DNA from: a candidate division WOR-3 bacterium
GTDB lineage: Bacteria > Hydrothermota > Hydrothermia > B15-G9 > WFZT01
Length of the DNA: 16,806 nucleotides
Direction of reading: 5' to 3'
NCBI GenBank assembly: GCA_027053075.1
Contig: JALUEE010000032.1
Location: 1-16,806, forward strand
Shown here: positions 6,722 through 15,421 of the stretch, in pieces
Layout: the number at the start of each line of letters is the position of its first letter
Position numbering within the stretch: the first letter of the stretch is position 1
Notes under the pieces: generated by a model
What the model saw: the letters and a program-made list of their open reading frames with translations, nothing else
Told to the model about the DNA's origin: nothing
Databases searched by the model: none
Program-made: the position numbers and the translations under genes

Positions 6722-7802
6722 TCTTTATAACCACAAGCAAGTCTTCATCTATCCGCTGGATTTCGCTGAATCTCAGCCGAATTGCATCCTCAAGCTTTCT
6801 TCTCACCCCCTCTGCAAGCTTAAGCCCCTCTCCCATGATCAGAGGAGAAATAAACATGTAAACTTTATCCCACAGATTTTTCTCAAAGAGGGCTCCGGCA
6901 AGATAGGCACCACCTTCAATCAAAACTGACCTAATTCCATTATTTCCTAAAATTTTTATTGCCTCTTCAAGATCAACTTTTCCCCGCTCATCAGTTTGTG
7001 TAAACCACACCTTCACCCCAATCTCTTCAAATTTTCGGGCAGCCTTGAGGTTGTCTTCGGTTTCAACCGTTATAATCGCCGTTGGCGCCTCGTCAGTTTT
7101 GAAAACGTTAAAATTAGTATCGAAGTCAATCTGGGAGGCAAAAATAACTCTCATGGGCTTACGCGGAGCGTAAACATCTCTTGGGGTTAGTCTTGGATTG
7201 TCGTGAAGTAGAGTGCCCTTGCCCACGGCTACAGCATCAACTTCACCCCTCCATTTGTGATCGAGTGTGCGGGAGCGTGGGCCGGAAATCCATTGGGATT
7301 TCCGGCCCACGTCAGCGATAAATCCATCAAGTGTCGCAGCGAGTTTAAGATATACGAACGGGAGCCCCGTTTTCACATACTTGAAGTAAACCTCATTCTG
7401 CTCAACCACTTTGTCCTCTAAGATTCCAACTTTTACCTCGATTCCTGCATCCATAAGTTGCTTTACCCCATTGCCGTTTACGAGAGGATTGGGGTCAATG
7501 GCACCGATTACGACTCTTTTGATACCGGCTTTGATAATCGCCCTGGTGCAGGGTGGTTGATGCCCATAAAAAGAATGAGGTTCGAGGGTTACATACATGG
7601 TGGCATCTTCTGTATGGCCTCGAGCATCAAAAATCGCGTTTACCTCCGCATGGGGAAGCCCTTGCTTTTTATGGTATCCAATACCAACGATTCTCCCCTT
7701 ATTCACAATGACAGCGCCAACAAGTGGATTGGGTGAAGTAAAGCCCCTTCCGTATTCGGCGAGCTGAATGGCGAGCTCCATGTACTTCTCGTCTTCACTC
7801 AT
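6714..7802 (-). CDS. ribD: Bifunctional riboflavin biosynthesis deaminase/reductase RibD
   Basis: TSPNPLVGAVIV, HAE, VTLEP..PPC, KLAATLDG, SQWIS, DNPRLT, IEGG motifs. Confidence 0.95.
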   Translation of the reverse strand: MSEDEKYMELAIQLAEYGRGFTSPNPLVGAVIVNKGRIVGIGYHKKQGLPHAEVNAIFDARGHTEDATMYVTLEPHSFYGHQPPCTRAIIKAGIKRVVIGAIDPNPLVNGNGVKQLMDAGIEVKVGILEDKVVEQNEVYFKYVKTGLPFVYLKLAATLDGFIADVGRKSQWISGPRSRTLDHKWRGEVDAVAVGKGTLLHDNPRLTPRDVYAPRKPMRVIFASQIDFDTNFNVFKTDEAPTAIITVETEDNLKAARKFEEIGVKVWFTQTDERGKVDLEEAIKILGNNGIRSVLIEGGAYLAGALFEKNLWDKVYMFISPLIMGEGLKLAEGVRRKLEDAIRLRFSEIQRIDEDLLVVIKNE

Positions 7803-8296
7803 TTCTTTCCACTTTCAAGTAGAGATTTTACGAGCAGGTCAAGCTTTTCCTTGACACTTTTACCGGACTTTTCCATCCACATCTCAGCGATTTTTAAGGA
7901 TTCTTTGATAAACTTGATTACATCCTCGTCTCCGGGCCAGTTGTCCCTTATTACGTCTTCTCCTACGTTGTTGATCAAGTCGTTAAGAACGTAAAGTGTG
8001 ATAAAGATGTCATCTGCGTAACCAATGACGCCTAAAATAGCCTCAGGTAGAAGGTCAACAGGAATAATCCAGTATGCAATTACTGAAACGAGGAATACCT
8101 TTTTCTCCACGGGCACACGCTCGTCTTTTATAAGTCTCCACAGCAGTACAATGAGATCAGGGGCGGCAAGAAGAATCTTTGCCCCTTCTTCCCCATACTT
8201 TCCTGCGAATTTTGACAGCTGATTCTTGATCTTTTTTCTCAGTTGCTCGTAGAAGCGGTTAACGTTTTCGTCGTTAATGGGTATGAGGCTTTTCAT
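7799..8296 (-). CDS. DUF1232 (YkvA-like) membrane protein
   Basis: YWIIPVDLLPE..GVIGYADD motif, followed by IRDNWPG. Confidence 0.85.
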   Translation of the reverse strand: MKSLIPINDENVNRFYEQLRKKIKNQLSKFAGKYGEEGAKILLAAPDLIVLLWRLIKDERVPVEKKVFLVSVIAYWIIPVDLLPEAILGVIGYADDIFITLYVLNDLINNVGEDVIRDNWPGDEDVIKFIKESLKIAEMWMEKSGKSVKEKLDLLVKSLLESGKK

Positions 8297-8309
8297 CCCC
8301 CATCACCTC

Positions 8310-9836
8310 CTAAAGCTCTACCCTTACTCCTACGCCGAAAGAGAGTGTCTTTAATGGATTGGGTGTGCTTTCTATTTTAAAATCCGGTGAATCCACCATC
8401 TTCTCGATTATTTTCCCAGTCAATGAAAGTACATTTGACTTGGCTGAAATATCAAGGGTTACGGGCAATCCAAGGGTAGGCCCAAATGGGATTGAGCCGA
8501 GATTCAGAGGAATCGAAGCACCAGCTCCCATATAGGGTAAAACTGTTAGAGGGATAAGCTTCCCATTTTGTGTGTAATAATATTGTGTGCTGATACTTAT
8601 TCCGGCCCTAAGCTTGAAGTGGGGTAGAGGAGGTCTGGCGAATAGCCCAAAATTAGCGTAATGGATATTACCCTTCTGGGGAATGCTTCCGCTGATAAAT
8701 GCATCAACAATGCCCACGCTCAAACCGAGCCCCGCTGCTTTGTAAGCAGGAAGTTCTAAATTGGCACTATAACGTTCATGGGTGATATCGTCCTTCGCAA
8801 CATTAATATAACCCGTTATAGTTGTGTCCTGATGAATTGTGTGGCCAGAAATGTAGATATTTGCCGTATCCACGTCAAGAATACAAAGTGAGCTGAAATC
8901 AGCCTGTGTCGCTATGTATATGTAATCACCTGAAAGTGCGGTTTTGAAACCATTTTCAAAATATCCTCCGATTTTTAATATACCAAGCGATAAATTAGCT
9001 CCGACTGCAAAAGCTTTTCTCGTCCCGCTAATATGGCTCGCGATAGTGACCGATGAAATAGTATGCTGGAAACCTACAGTTGCATTTACACCCCCGGCGT
9101 AGTCAGGGGATGTTCCAGTCATATTAACAACTGCCATCGACTGGGCAACTATCAGAGGATTTCCGCCGCCAGAGTATTTTGTTATCTTGAAAGCTGCCCC
9201 GAGGGAAAGTGGGCCAAATCCTATTCCTGCTCCGAAGAACATGGGCCTGGCTTCAAGGGACAGGCCGCCAATTCCTCTGACCCTGGTCTCGACTGTTCCT
9301 TCCACACTCCAGTGCATCTCAACCGAAGAGTAGAGATTTGCAGAGTCCCTGTTTTGTATCAAAAGCGTATCTATAATCTGACCATGGAAATTAAGGGGAA
9401 AAGTTGTGTTGTTGTTGATGTCCACTCCAAACTTGTATGGTTTGAGTATGCCAAATCCTGCCCCGAACATAGCAAATTTCACTCCAAAGCCAAATCCGTA
9501 AATTCCGCCTGCATCTTTTGTTTCTATATCAAAAGGCACCACGAGGGCATCGTTGTATTCGCTGCTATCAAGAAGTGTTACATTGGTTCTCATGGTGGAG
9601 CTATTTGTGAAGCCAAGTCCAGCATCAAATTCCAGGTGAGAGATTCTCCCGAAGGCTGCAGGATTGGCAAATCCACCGAGAACCGCCGACGCCCTGGCTG
9701 GATTGACATAATCGAGCGTAAGGAAACCAAGATTTGCCTCTGGTGAGGAAAAGGTCATGCTTCCGGTAATGGGATTATTTTGAGCCATAAGAAGTCCAGC
9801 AAAAATCAAAGCAACAAATTTTACATGTCTCATCAT
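8310..9836 (-). CDS. Hypothetical outer-membrane beta-barrel protein, FadL/OmpP1-like, with long loops
   Basis: Signal peptide ending LMA|Q, NPAA plug-like motif, Gly/aromatic alternating strands, LELP and LRAG segments, C-terminal strand LSFGVGVRVEL. SD AGGAG upstream. Confidence 0.6.
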   Translation of the reverse strand: MMRHVKFVALIFAGLLMAQNNPITGSMTFSSPEANLGFLTLDYVNPARASAVLGGFANPAAFGRISHLEFDAGLGFTNSSTMRTNVTLLDSSEYNDALVVPFDIETKDAGGIYGFGFGVKFAMFGAGFGILKPYKFGVDINNNTTFPLNFHGQIIDTLLIQNRDSANLYSSVEMHWSVEGTVETRVRGIGGLSLEARPMFFGAGIGFGPLSLGAAFKITKYSGGGNPLIVAQSMAVVNMTGTSPDYAGGVNATVGFQHTISSVTIASHISGTRKAFAVGANLSLGILKIGGYFENGFKTALSGDYIYIATQADFSSLCILDVDTANIYISGHTIHQDTTITGYINVAKDDITHERYSANLELPAYKAAGLGLSVGIVDAFISGSIPQKGNIHYANFGLFARPPLPHFKLRAGISISTQYYYTQNGKLIPLTVLPYMGAGASIPLNLGSIPFGPTLGLPVTLDISAKSNVLSLTGKIIEKMVDSPDFKIESTPNPLKTLSFGVGVRVEL

Positions 9837-9874
9837 CTTCCTCCTTTTTGTCTTTCATTATAAACCATAGCTCT

Positions 9875-10585
9875 TTACCTTGAAATACTTACAAAATTGG
9901 AGATTCCGAGGTATGGATGAATGGAGATCGAATAGGTGAAATCTAAAATTTTGCTGAATTCAATAGATGCGTGGTAACTCAGAGGATTTGTACTAATTCC
10001 AGCATAAAGACGAGAGAAATGTGTGAGCCGATAAGCAGCACCGAGAACATATGAAACGCTTTGTGATTCTTCAAAGACAGCGTCAAACATAACTTCAAAT
10101 GAATGTGTTAAGCCGTTTAAGCTCGAGAATACAATCTGCCTTTTAGTGTATAAATCACCGGTTGAAACAATGTTAAAAATGGAAATGCCAAGCTTCCTTC
10201 CATATCCTACATTCACAAGCAATCCTGCATTAATTTTGAAGGAGTTTAAAAGTTCCTCGCCGCCCTTCTCAAACATCTGGTTGAGCTCCCCGGAGAGTCC
10301 AATCCTCACTTTTGGGGAGTAGCTGAATGAGTAGCCTGCAGTGATGGAATTTAGATAAAAGTCTCCGCTTTTCACGGTCGCCATTCCAATACCAGCACCA
10401 CGGGCATTGATAGAAAGGCGGAAAAATTCAAAGGTGGAATATAATTCAGCATATTCGGCAGAAGCAATAAATCTATGTCCAATATAGGCAGGGTTGTAAA
10501 AGATAGCCCATTTGTCGCTGGCCAGGAAATTACCGGTCGTCCTCGGTAAAATCAAATATCCTAATAAAATAAGGAAAAGGTTCAC
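9875..10585 (-). CDS. Hypothetical outer-membrane beta-barrel, PorV/UPF0164-like
   Basis: AIFYNPA motif near the N-terminus, repeated amphipathic strands (RIGLSG, KLGISIFNI), C-terminal HPYLGISNFVSIS. GTGA overlap with the PBP1A stop. Confidence 0.6.
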   Translation of the reverse strand: MNLFLILLGYLILPRTTGNFLASDKWAIFYNPAYIGHRFIASAEYAELYSTFEFFRLSINARGAGIGMATVKSGDFYLNSITAGYSFSYSPKVRIGLSGELNQMFEKGGEELLNSFKINAGLLVNVGYGRKLGISIFNIVSTGDLYTKRQIVFSSLNGLTHSFEVMFDAVFEESQSVSYVLGAAYRLTHFSRLYAGISTNPLSYHASIEFSKILDFTYSISIHPYLGISNFVSISR

Positions 10586-12672
10586 TGCCCCTTGATTTCC
10601 ATCAGTTCTTCTTTTTCAAAAGCTTCCTCTGCCCTTTTCAGATCAGGTGCAATATGAATATTGCAGTACTGTGTGGGCTCATATCCTTCTCTGAAAATTT
10701 CGTCGTAGGTTTCTGGACAATAAGGAGTGGGAAGCAGGCCGGATGTGGAGCAAACCTCTTTGTGAACAATACCAGAAGGCTCTACGAAGTCAAGAGGAGG
10801 TACTGTGTCCAAAATGCTTTTCATGTAAGTTGTCCAGATGGGAAGGGCCATCACAGCACCAGTCGCACCTCTGAAGATGGTTCTTACTGAATCATATCCA
10901 ACCCAGACTGCAGTTACAAGGTCAGGAGTAAATCCGATAAACCAGGCATCGCGGTAATCGTTTGTTGTACCTGTTTTCCCTGCAGCAGGTCTTGTGAAAT
11001 GATAATATTTTCTCGCACTTTTTGCTGTTCCAAAGTCAAAAACGCTCTCCATCATGCTGATCATCTCGTAAGAAGTTACACTGTCGAGTACTGTGGTTAG
11101 AGTTGGTTCAAATTTCTCGATCACATTCCCCCTGCTATCCTCGATTCTTGTTATAAAATACGGTTTCGGCCGGATCCCATAGTTCGCAAGGGTCGCGTAG
11201 GCAACAGCAAGGTTTAAAGGCACCACTGTGGCAGCACCAATGGCAATGGATGGATACGGGGGAATGGAATCCTTGATCCCGAGTTTCCTTGCATATTCGA
11301 TCACAGTCTCAGGCCCAATATCAAGGATTAACCTCACCGAAGCAAGGTTCCTCGATAGCGCAAGGGCCTTTCTCAATGTAATTTTTCCGAGATACTTCTT
11401 ATCATAATTCTGGGGAACCCAGTAGGTCTTCTCACCGTTAACATAGGTTTCGAGGGTGATGGGGGAGTCATCTATTAAGTCTGATGGATTGTACCCGTTG
11501 TCAATGGCGGCAGTGTAGAGTATTGGCTTAAATGCTGAGCCAGCCTGTCTCCTTGCCTGAGTAATTCGGTTGAATTGGGAATCTTTAAAATCCCTGCCAC
11601 CCACAAGTGCAAGTATTTCTCCTGTTTCAGGATTGAGTGTTACAAGAGCCCCCTGCAGATATTTTGGAGGATTAAGCGTATCCCTGACATAATCTGCTTT
11701 TTTGGGCTTTAATCTGTACTGTTTTTCAAACACATTCAGGAGGGAATCTACCACACGATACGCGGTATTCTGCATGTTAATGTCGAGAGTTGTATAAATT
11801 CTACCCCCGGCTTTATAGAGGAAATCCTCACCTAAAAGAGGGTCATCTATAACATACCGTCGCACCATTTCGAGAAAATATGCTGCTGCATCTTCAAACT
11901 GTTCCTTTTCACTGGGTTTGGCAAATACAACGGGCTCTTGAAGTGCCTCCTCAAGCTCTTCTTTTGTTATAACATTGTTTTCGTAAAGTTTCTTTAAAAT
12001 GAAATCTGCTCTCCTTAACACCCTATCAGGATGGCGTAAAGGTGAGTAAAACCACGGATTTCGAGGGATCGCCACAAGCACCGCAATTTCACGAGGATTG
12101 AGCTCCCAAACATGCTTGCCAAAGTAGTATTCCGCAGCCGCCTCGACACCATAAACTCCATGGCCAAAGTAAATTTGATTGAGGTAACGCTCCAGAATCT
12201 CCTCTTTAGAGAATGCTCGCTCTATTCTCACTGTCAGTATAGCCTCGCGAATCTTTCTCTTAAAGGTCCTTTTCTGATTCAAAAACATATTCCTTGCAAG
12301 CTGCTGGGTAATGGTTGATGCTCCCTGCTTTATGTGCAGATACCTGAGATTGACAATCATTGCTCGCGCAACATGCTTGAGACTTATACCCCAGTGTTTG
12401 TAAAAATCTTTATCCTCGATGGTAATAAACGCCTTCTGCATCAAGGGTGGTATGCTGTCGAGTGGTACCATTATCCTTCGCTGGAGATAAAAACTGTGGA
12501 TCAGGTTGCCATTTCTGTCATAAACCTCAGTGGTCTTTGGGGGCTCGAATCTCTCAATAACACTTAAAGACGGCAGATTTCTTGAAAAGGCCAGTATTAT
12601 GATAAAAGTGAAAATCAGAGTGAAAAGGTATAAAATTATCCCCAGTTCGATGCCTTTTTTAATCTCGTTCAT
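10582..12672 (-). CDS. mrcA: Class A penicillin-binding protein 1A (transglycosylase/transpeptidase)
   Basis: TM anchor. GT51 motifs EDKDFYKH, GASTITQQL, RKIRE, KEEILERYLN. Transpeptidase SAFK, SRN and KTG motifs. Cys-containing C-terminal tail. Confidence 0.95.
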   Translation of the reverse strand: MNEIKKGIELGIILYLFTLIFTFIIILAFSRNLPSLSVIERFEPPKTTEVYDRNGNLIHSFYLQRRIMVPLDSIPPLMQKAFITIEDKDFYKHWGISLKHVARAMIVNLRYLHIKQGASTITQQLARNMFLNQKRTFKRKIREAILTVRIERAFSKEEILERYLNQIYFGHGVYGVEAAAEYYFGKHVWELNPREIAVLVAIPRNPWFYSPLRHPDRVLRRADFILKKLYENNVITKEELEEALQEPVVFAKPSEKEQFEDAAAYFLEMVRRYVIDDPLLGEDFLYKAGGRIYTTLDINMQNTAYRVVDSLLNVFEKQYRLKPKKADYVRDTLNPPKYLQGALVTLNPETGEILALVGGRDFKDSQFNRITQARRQAGSAFKPILYTAAIDNGYNPSDLIDDSPITLETYVNGEKTYWVPQNYDKKYLGKITLRKALALSRNLASVRLILDIGPETVIEYARKLGIKDSIPPYPSIAIGAATVVPLNLAVAYATLANYGIRPKPYFITRIEDSRGNVIEKFEPTLTTVLDSVTSYEMISMMESVFDFGTAKSARKYYHFTRPAAGKTGTTNDYRDAWFIGFTPDLVTAVWVGYDSVRTIFRGATGAVMALPIWTTYMKSILDTVPPLDFVEPSGIVHKEVCSTSGLLPTPYCPETYDEIFREGYEPTQYCNIHIAPDLKRAEEAFEKEELMEIKGQ

Positions 12673-12710
12673 GGGAGTGAAAGTATATAATTTGCGTGGA
12701 GTGAAGTCAA

Positions 12711-13277
12711 ATGAAGCTTTTTCTTACAAGACACGGTGAAACTGACTGTAACAGGATGCTTATCGTCCAGGGATGGGTACACACTCCATTAAACGCAACG
12801 GGCAGGAAACAGGCGAAAACGTTGAGGGACAGATTTGAAAGCGAGGGAATGAGATTCGACGCCCTTTATTCTTCAGACCTTTTGAGAGCTTATACTACAG
12901 CAAAAATCCTGAATGAATATTTCCAGCTCGAAATTAAAACTAATTGGCGACTGAGAGAGGTAAAAAGAGGCATCTGGAACCTCCAGTATATCCCGGAAAT
13001 CAAGGAGAAATACACCGAGCTCTGGAAACAGTGGGATAGGGACCCGTACAACACGCGACCTCCACTTGGCGAAAGCCTGAGGGATGCCGAGAAAAGGATT
13101 GAAGATTTTGTGGAGCATCTTAAAAACAATGAAGAGAGCAATTCAGAAATTCTTGTTGTTACTCACCGGCTTCTCATAGTATCATTTATGCGCGTTTTTG
13201 ATGGGGTGGAGGTTACACGCGACAACTTCTTCGATTTAATGCTCGGAAACGCAGAGTACCACGTAATTGAGGTATAA
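12711..13277 (+). CDS. Histidine phosphatase family protein (PhoE/GpmB/CobC-like)
   Basis: RHGET, SSDLLRA, LRE, GES, LVVTH motifs. Confidence 0.92.
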   Translation: MKLFLTRHGETDCNRMLIVQGWVHTPLNATGRKQAKTLRDRFESEGMRFDALYSSDLLRAYTTAKILNEYFQLEIKTNWRLREVKRGIWNLQYIPEIKEKYTELWKQWDRDPYNTRPPLGESLRDAEKRIEDFVEHLKNNEESNSEILVVTHRLLIVSFMRVFDGVEVTRDNFFDLMLGNAEYHVIEV

Positions 13278-13350
13278 TTTGTTAAAAATCTGTAATACCT
13301 ACGACACACAATGATTAAGTCCCTGATATGTGTTATTTCATCAAGAGCAC

Positions 13351-14829
13351 TTATTTCTGTCTTTTAAGCCAATCCATAATGGTTTTGCAGAGGAGCTCGC
13401 GGTTTTCAAAGAAATGATTTTCGCCTTTAAGAACCACAAAACCGGGGGTTGAGCCATTTCTCTTTAAAAGTTCTTCATAAGGTCTGACATCCTCAGGTGG
13501 TACATGCAGGTCATTCGAGCCAGCAATGAGAAGCGTGGGGCCTTTCCATCCTTTTACCAGCGTGTCTGGTTCAAGCAACGCGTGTTCTTTGAACCATCTG
13601 GCAGGAAGCTTTCCAATAATTGGTAAGCTCACCATTCCGCTTGCCTTCTCAACTTTTGCAAGGGAGTCCGCAATCACATTTATCCTTTCCCTGATAGAAT
13701 CTAAACTTGAGGAGTCAATGAATCCCATCCTTACCAACTGCAGAGCGATTACATCTTTTAAGTTTCGGCAGGGTGCAGCAAGGGCTATAACGCCGCTCGC
13801 TCCGGCCTTTCGGGCAACGATAAAACTGTACATTCCACCCTCGGAATGCCCGAGGATAAATAAAGGGAGACCCTTGTACTTCTTTCTCAAATATTTTGCA
13901 ACGTTTATAGCGTCGTATTCGAGATCAGACAACCCTGCTTCTTCGTATTTACCGCTGCTTTTGCCAACCCCACGCTTGTCGTAGCGTGCCGCCGCAAAAC
14001 CTGCATTAGTGAGACATTGTGCGATATCATCAAATATCCCGAGTTCATGGCGATCGACTCTTCCGGAGCCCGGGATCAAGAGAACTATTCCCACAGGTTT
14101 AGACCTGACAGGCAAGTCAACTTCCCCTCTAATTTTTACCCCGTCACTCTTTATGGAAAAATTTTTCCTCTTAAAGTTGAATCTTTTACGAGGCAGGTGA
14201 TATTCCCCATTTAGTGAAATTTTTACATCTCCTGTCGGCTGGTATACGAAAACCAGTGTATCACCGGAAAAATAGAGATCCTGCTGGATTCTATTGCCAA
14301 AGGAAATCCTCCACTTTCTGAGCACTTTTGCCCTACCACAGCAGGAGAGCTCTCCATAGCCAGAGCTCAGCTTCTTAACAGTAAATAGCGATAATGCCTG
14401 CGGGACAATGACTACACTGGAGTCCGAGCGTAATTTTCTCGCAAAGGCGTTAAACGTGCTAATCACGTTGTTATCGACAACCATGACATGAGGATCAGAA
14501 GTCTCTAAGGTCTCTTCTTTTGCGAATCCACCTGCTGAAAAATTCAGTAAAAATCTCTTCCCCTTTCTCTGGAGCGTTATTTTTTGCATTCCTCGCGAGG
14601 TATGGGCCACTAACCTGTAGCTTTTGAGCAATCCCTGGTGCTCTTCAAGTCTTACATCCATTGATATATGTCCCATTCTTCCGAGATTCAACTCCACATG
14701 GGACGTAATGGAACTATCGGTGGAGGTGAATTCCTCGACGCCCACCTTTTGATTCTCGATAAAAAATATATACTTTCCACTATCTGGCACTGTCAAAGCT
14801 GCGATTAGAGCAAAGATTATAGCGAGCAT
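13351..14829 (-). CDS. Secreted alpha/beta-fold serine hydrolase with beta-rich N-terminal domain
   Basis: Signal peptide, PGSGxxDR, RYDKRGVGKS, nucleophile GHSEG, GxNDxxV, NHFF triad motifs. SD AGGAGG upstream. Confidence 0.88.
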   Translation of the reverse strand: MLAIIFALIAALTVPDSGKYIFFIENQKVGVEEFTSTDSSITSHVELNLGRMGHISMDVRLEEHQGLLKSYRLVAHTSRGMQKITLQRKGKRFLLNFSAGGFAKEETLETSDPHVMVVDNNVISTFNAFARKLRSDSSVVIVPQALSLFTVKKLSSGYGELSCCGRAKVLRKWRISFGNRIQQDLYFSGDTLVFVYQPTGDVKISLNGEYHLPRKRFNFKRKNFSIKSDGVKIRGEVDLPVRSKPVGIVLLIPGSGRVDRHELGIFDDIAQCLTNAGFAAARYDKRGVGKSSGKYEEAGLSDLEYDAINVAKYLRKKYKGLPLFILGHSEGGMYSFIVARKAGASGVIALAAPCRNLKDVIALQLVRMGFIDSSSLDSIRERINVIADSLAKVEKASGMVSLPIIGKLPARWFKEHALLEPDTLVKGWKGPTLLIAGSNDLHVPPEDVRPYEELLKRNGSTPGFVVLKGENHFFENRELLCKTIMDWLKRQK

Positions 14830-15058
14830 TTTTACAACCTCCTTTTAAATTTCTCAGATTTTTAAAAAGCCTGTTGTTCTATTAGATATTTTTACAACCA
14901 TCTAAATAAGTGTCAAGGGGATGGTGAAAACCCATTCAAATTACAGTCAAGTGCGAAATATTTCAGACTTTTATCAAATCCGAAATTTTCGCACCTCATA
15001 CATGCACATGAAATGAATGAGAAATATGACGGATTCTGAGTTTTAAACTTATCCCTTC

Positions 15059-15200
15059 CCCATTCTCCCCTAACCCCTCCTTCCCTGAGGGAAGGAGGGG
15101 AATTTCTTAGTTTCTCGACAAGGGTTTTGACTTTGCTGGTTTAAGCGAGAATAAGACTCCCTCCCTTCCCTTTGGGAAGGGAGGGTCGGGGTGGAATGGG
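15059..15200. repeat. Cluster B: inverted pair of BoxC/PIT-like triplex repeats (REPIN-like doublet)
   Basis: B1 15059-15100 (CCCCTCCTTCCC-TGA-GGGAAGGAGGGG with upstream tail) and B2 15159-15200 (CCCTCCCTTCCC-TTT-GGGAAGGGAGGG-TCG-GGGTGGAATGGG). Confidence 0.85.
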
Positions 15201-15421
15201 TGGTGTATTCGAAATTTTGATCCCTTTACCGACTTGTTCCTTGCTGCTCGCAACGAGGTCAAGGAGCATGGCGGTTTAAATTTCATTAAACCTCCTTAAA
15301 ACCGATTTCCTGGAAGAAGAAATTTCTGAGATGAACACGAAATGAGTCGGTCTTTTTCTTGTTTTAACCCATTCATAGCCGAGTAGAAATATCGAATTGC
15401 AGTTTGTATGATTAAGGGGCA

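Noticed and set aside
9063..9746. 227-aa plus-strand ORF antisense to the 508-aa barrel
   Set aside because: Cys/Ser/His-rich composition, no motif and no SD. It is a shadow ORF, like the other short nested ORFs in the track.
13526..13984. 152-aa plus-strand ORF antisense to the hydrolase
   Set aside because: Codon-aligned antisense shadow of a well-supported gene.
15107..15286. 59-aa minus-strand ORF with AAGGAGG 4 nt upstream (MKFKPPCSLTSLRAARNK...)
   Set aside because: It runs through repeat B2, has short SD spacing and is not hydrophobic like a type I toxin. Unsupported without ribosome profiling.
15325..15345. Hammerhead ribozyme or TPP riboswitch (CTGAGATGA...GAAA)
   Set aside because: It does not match the CUGANGA core with stem II, and the remaining TPP motifs are absent.
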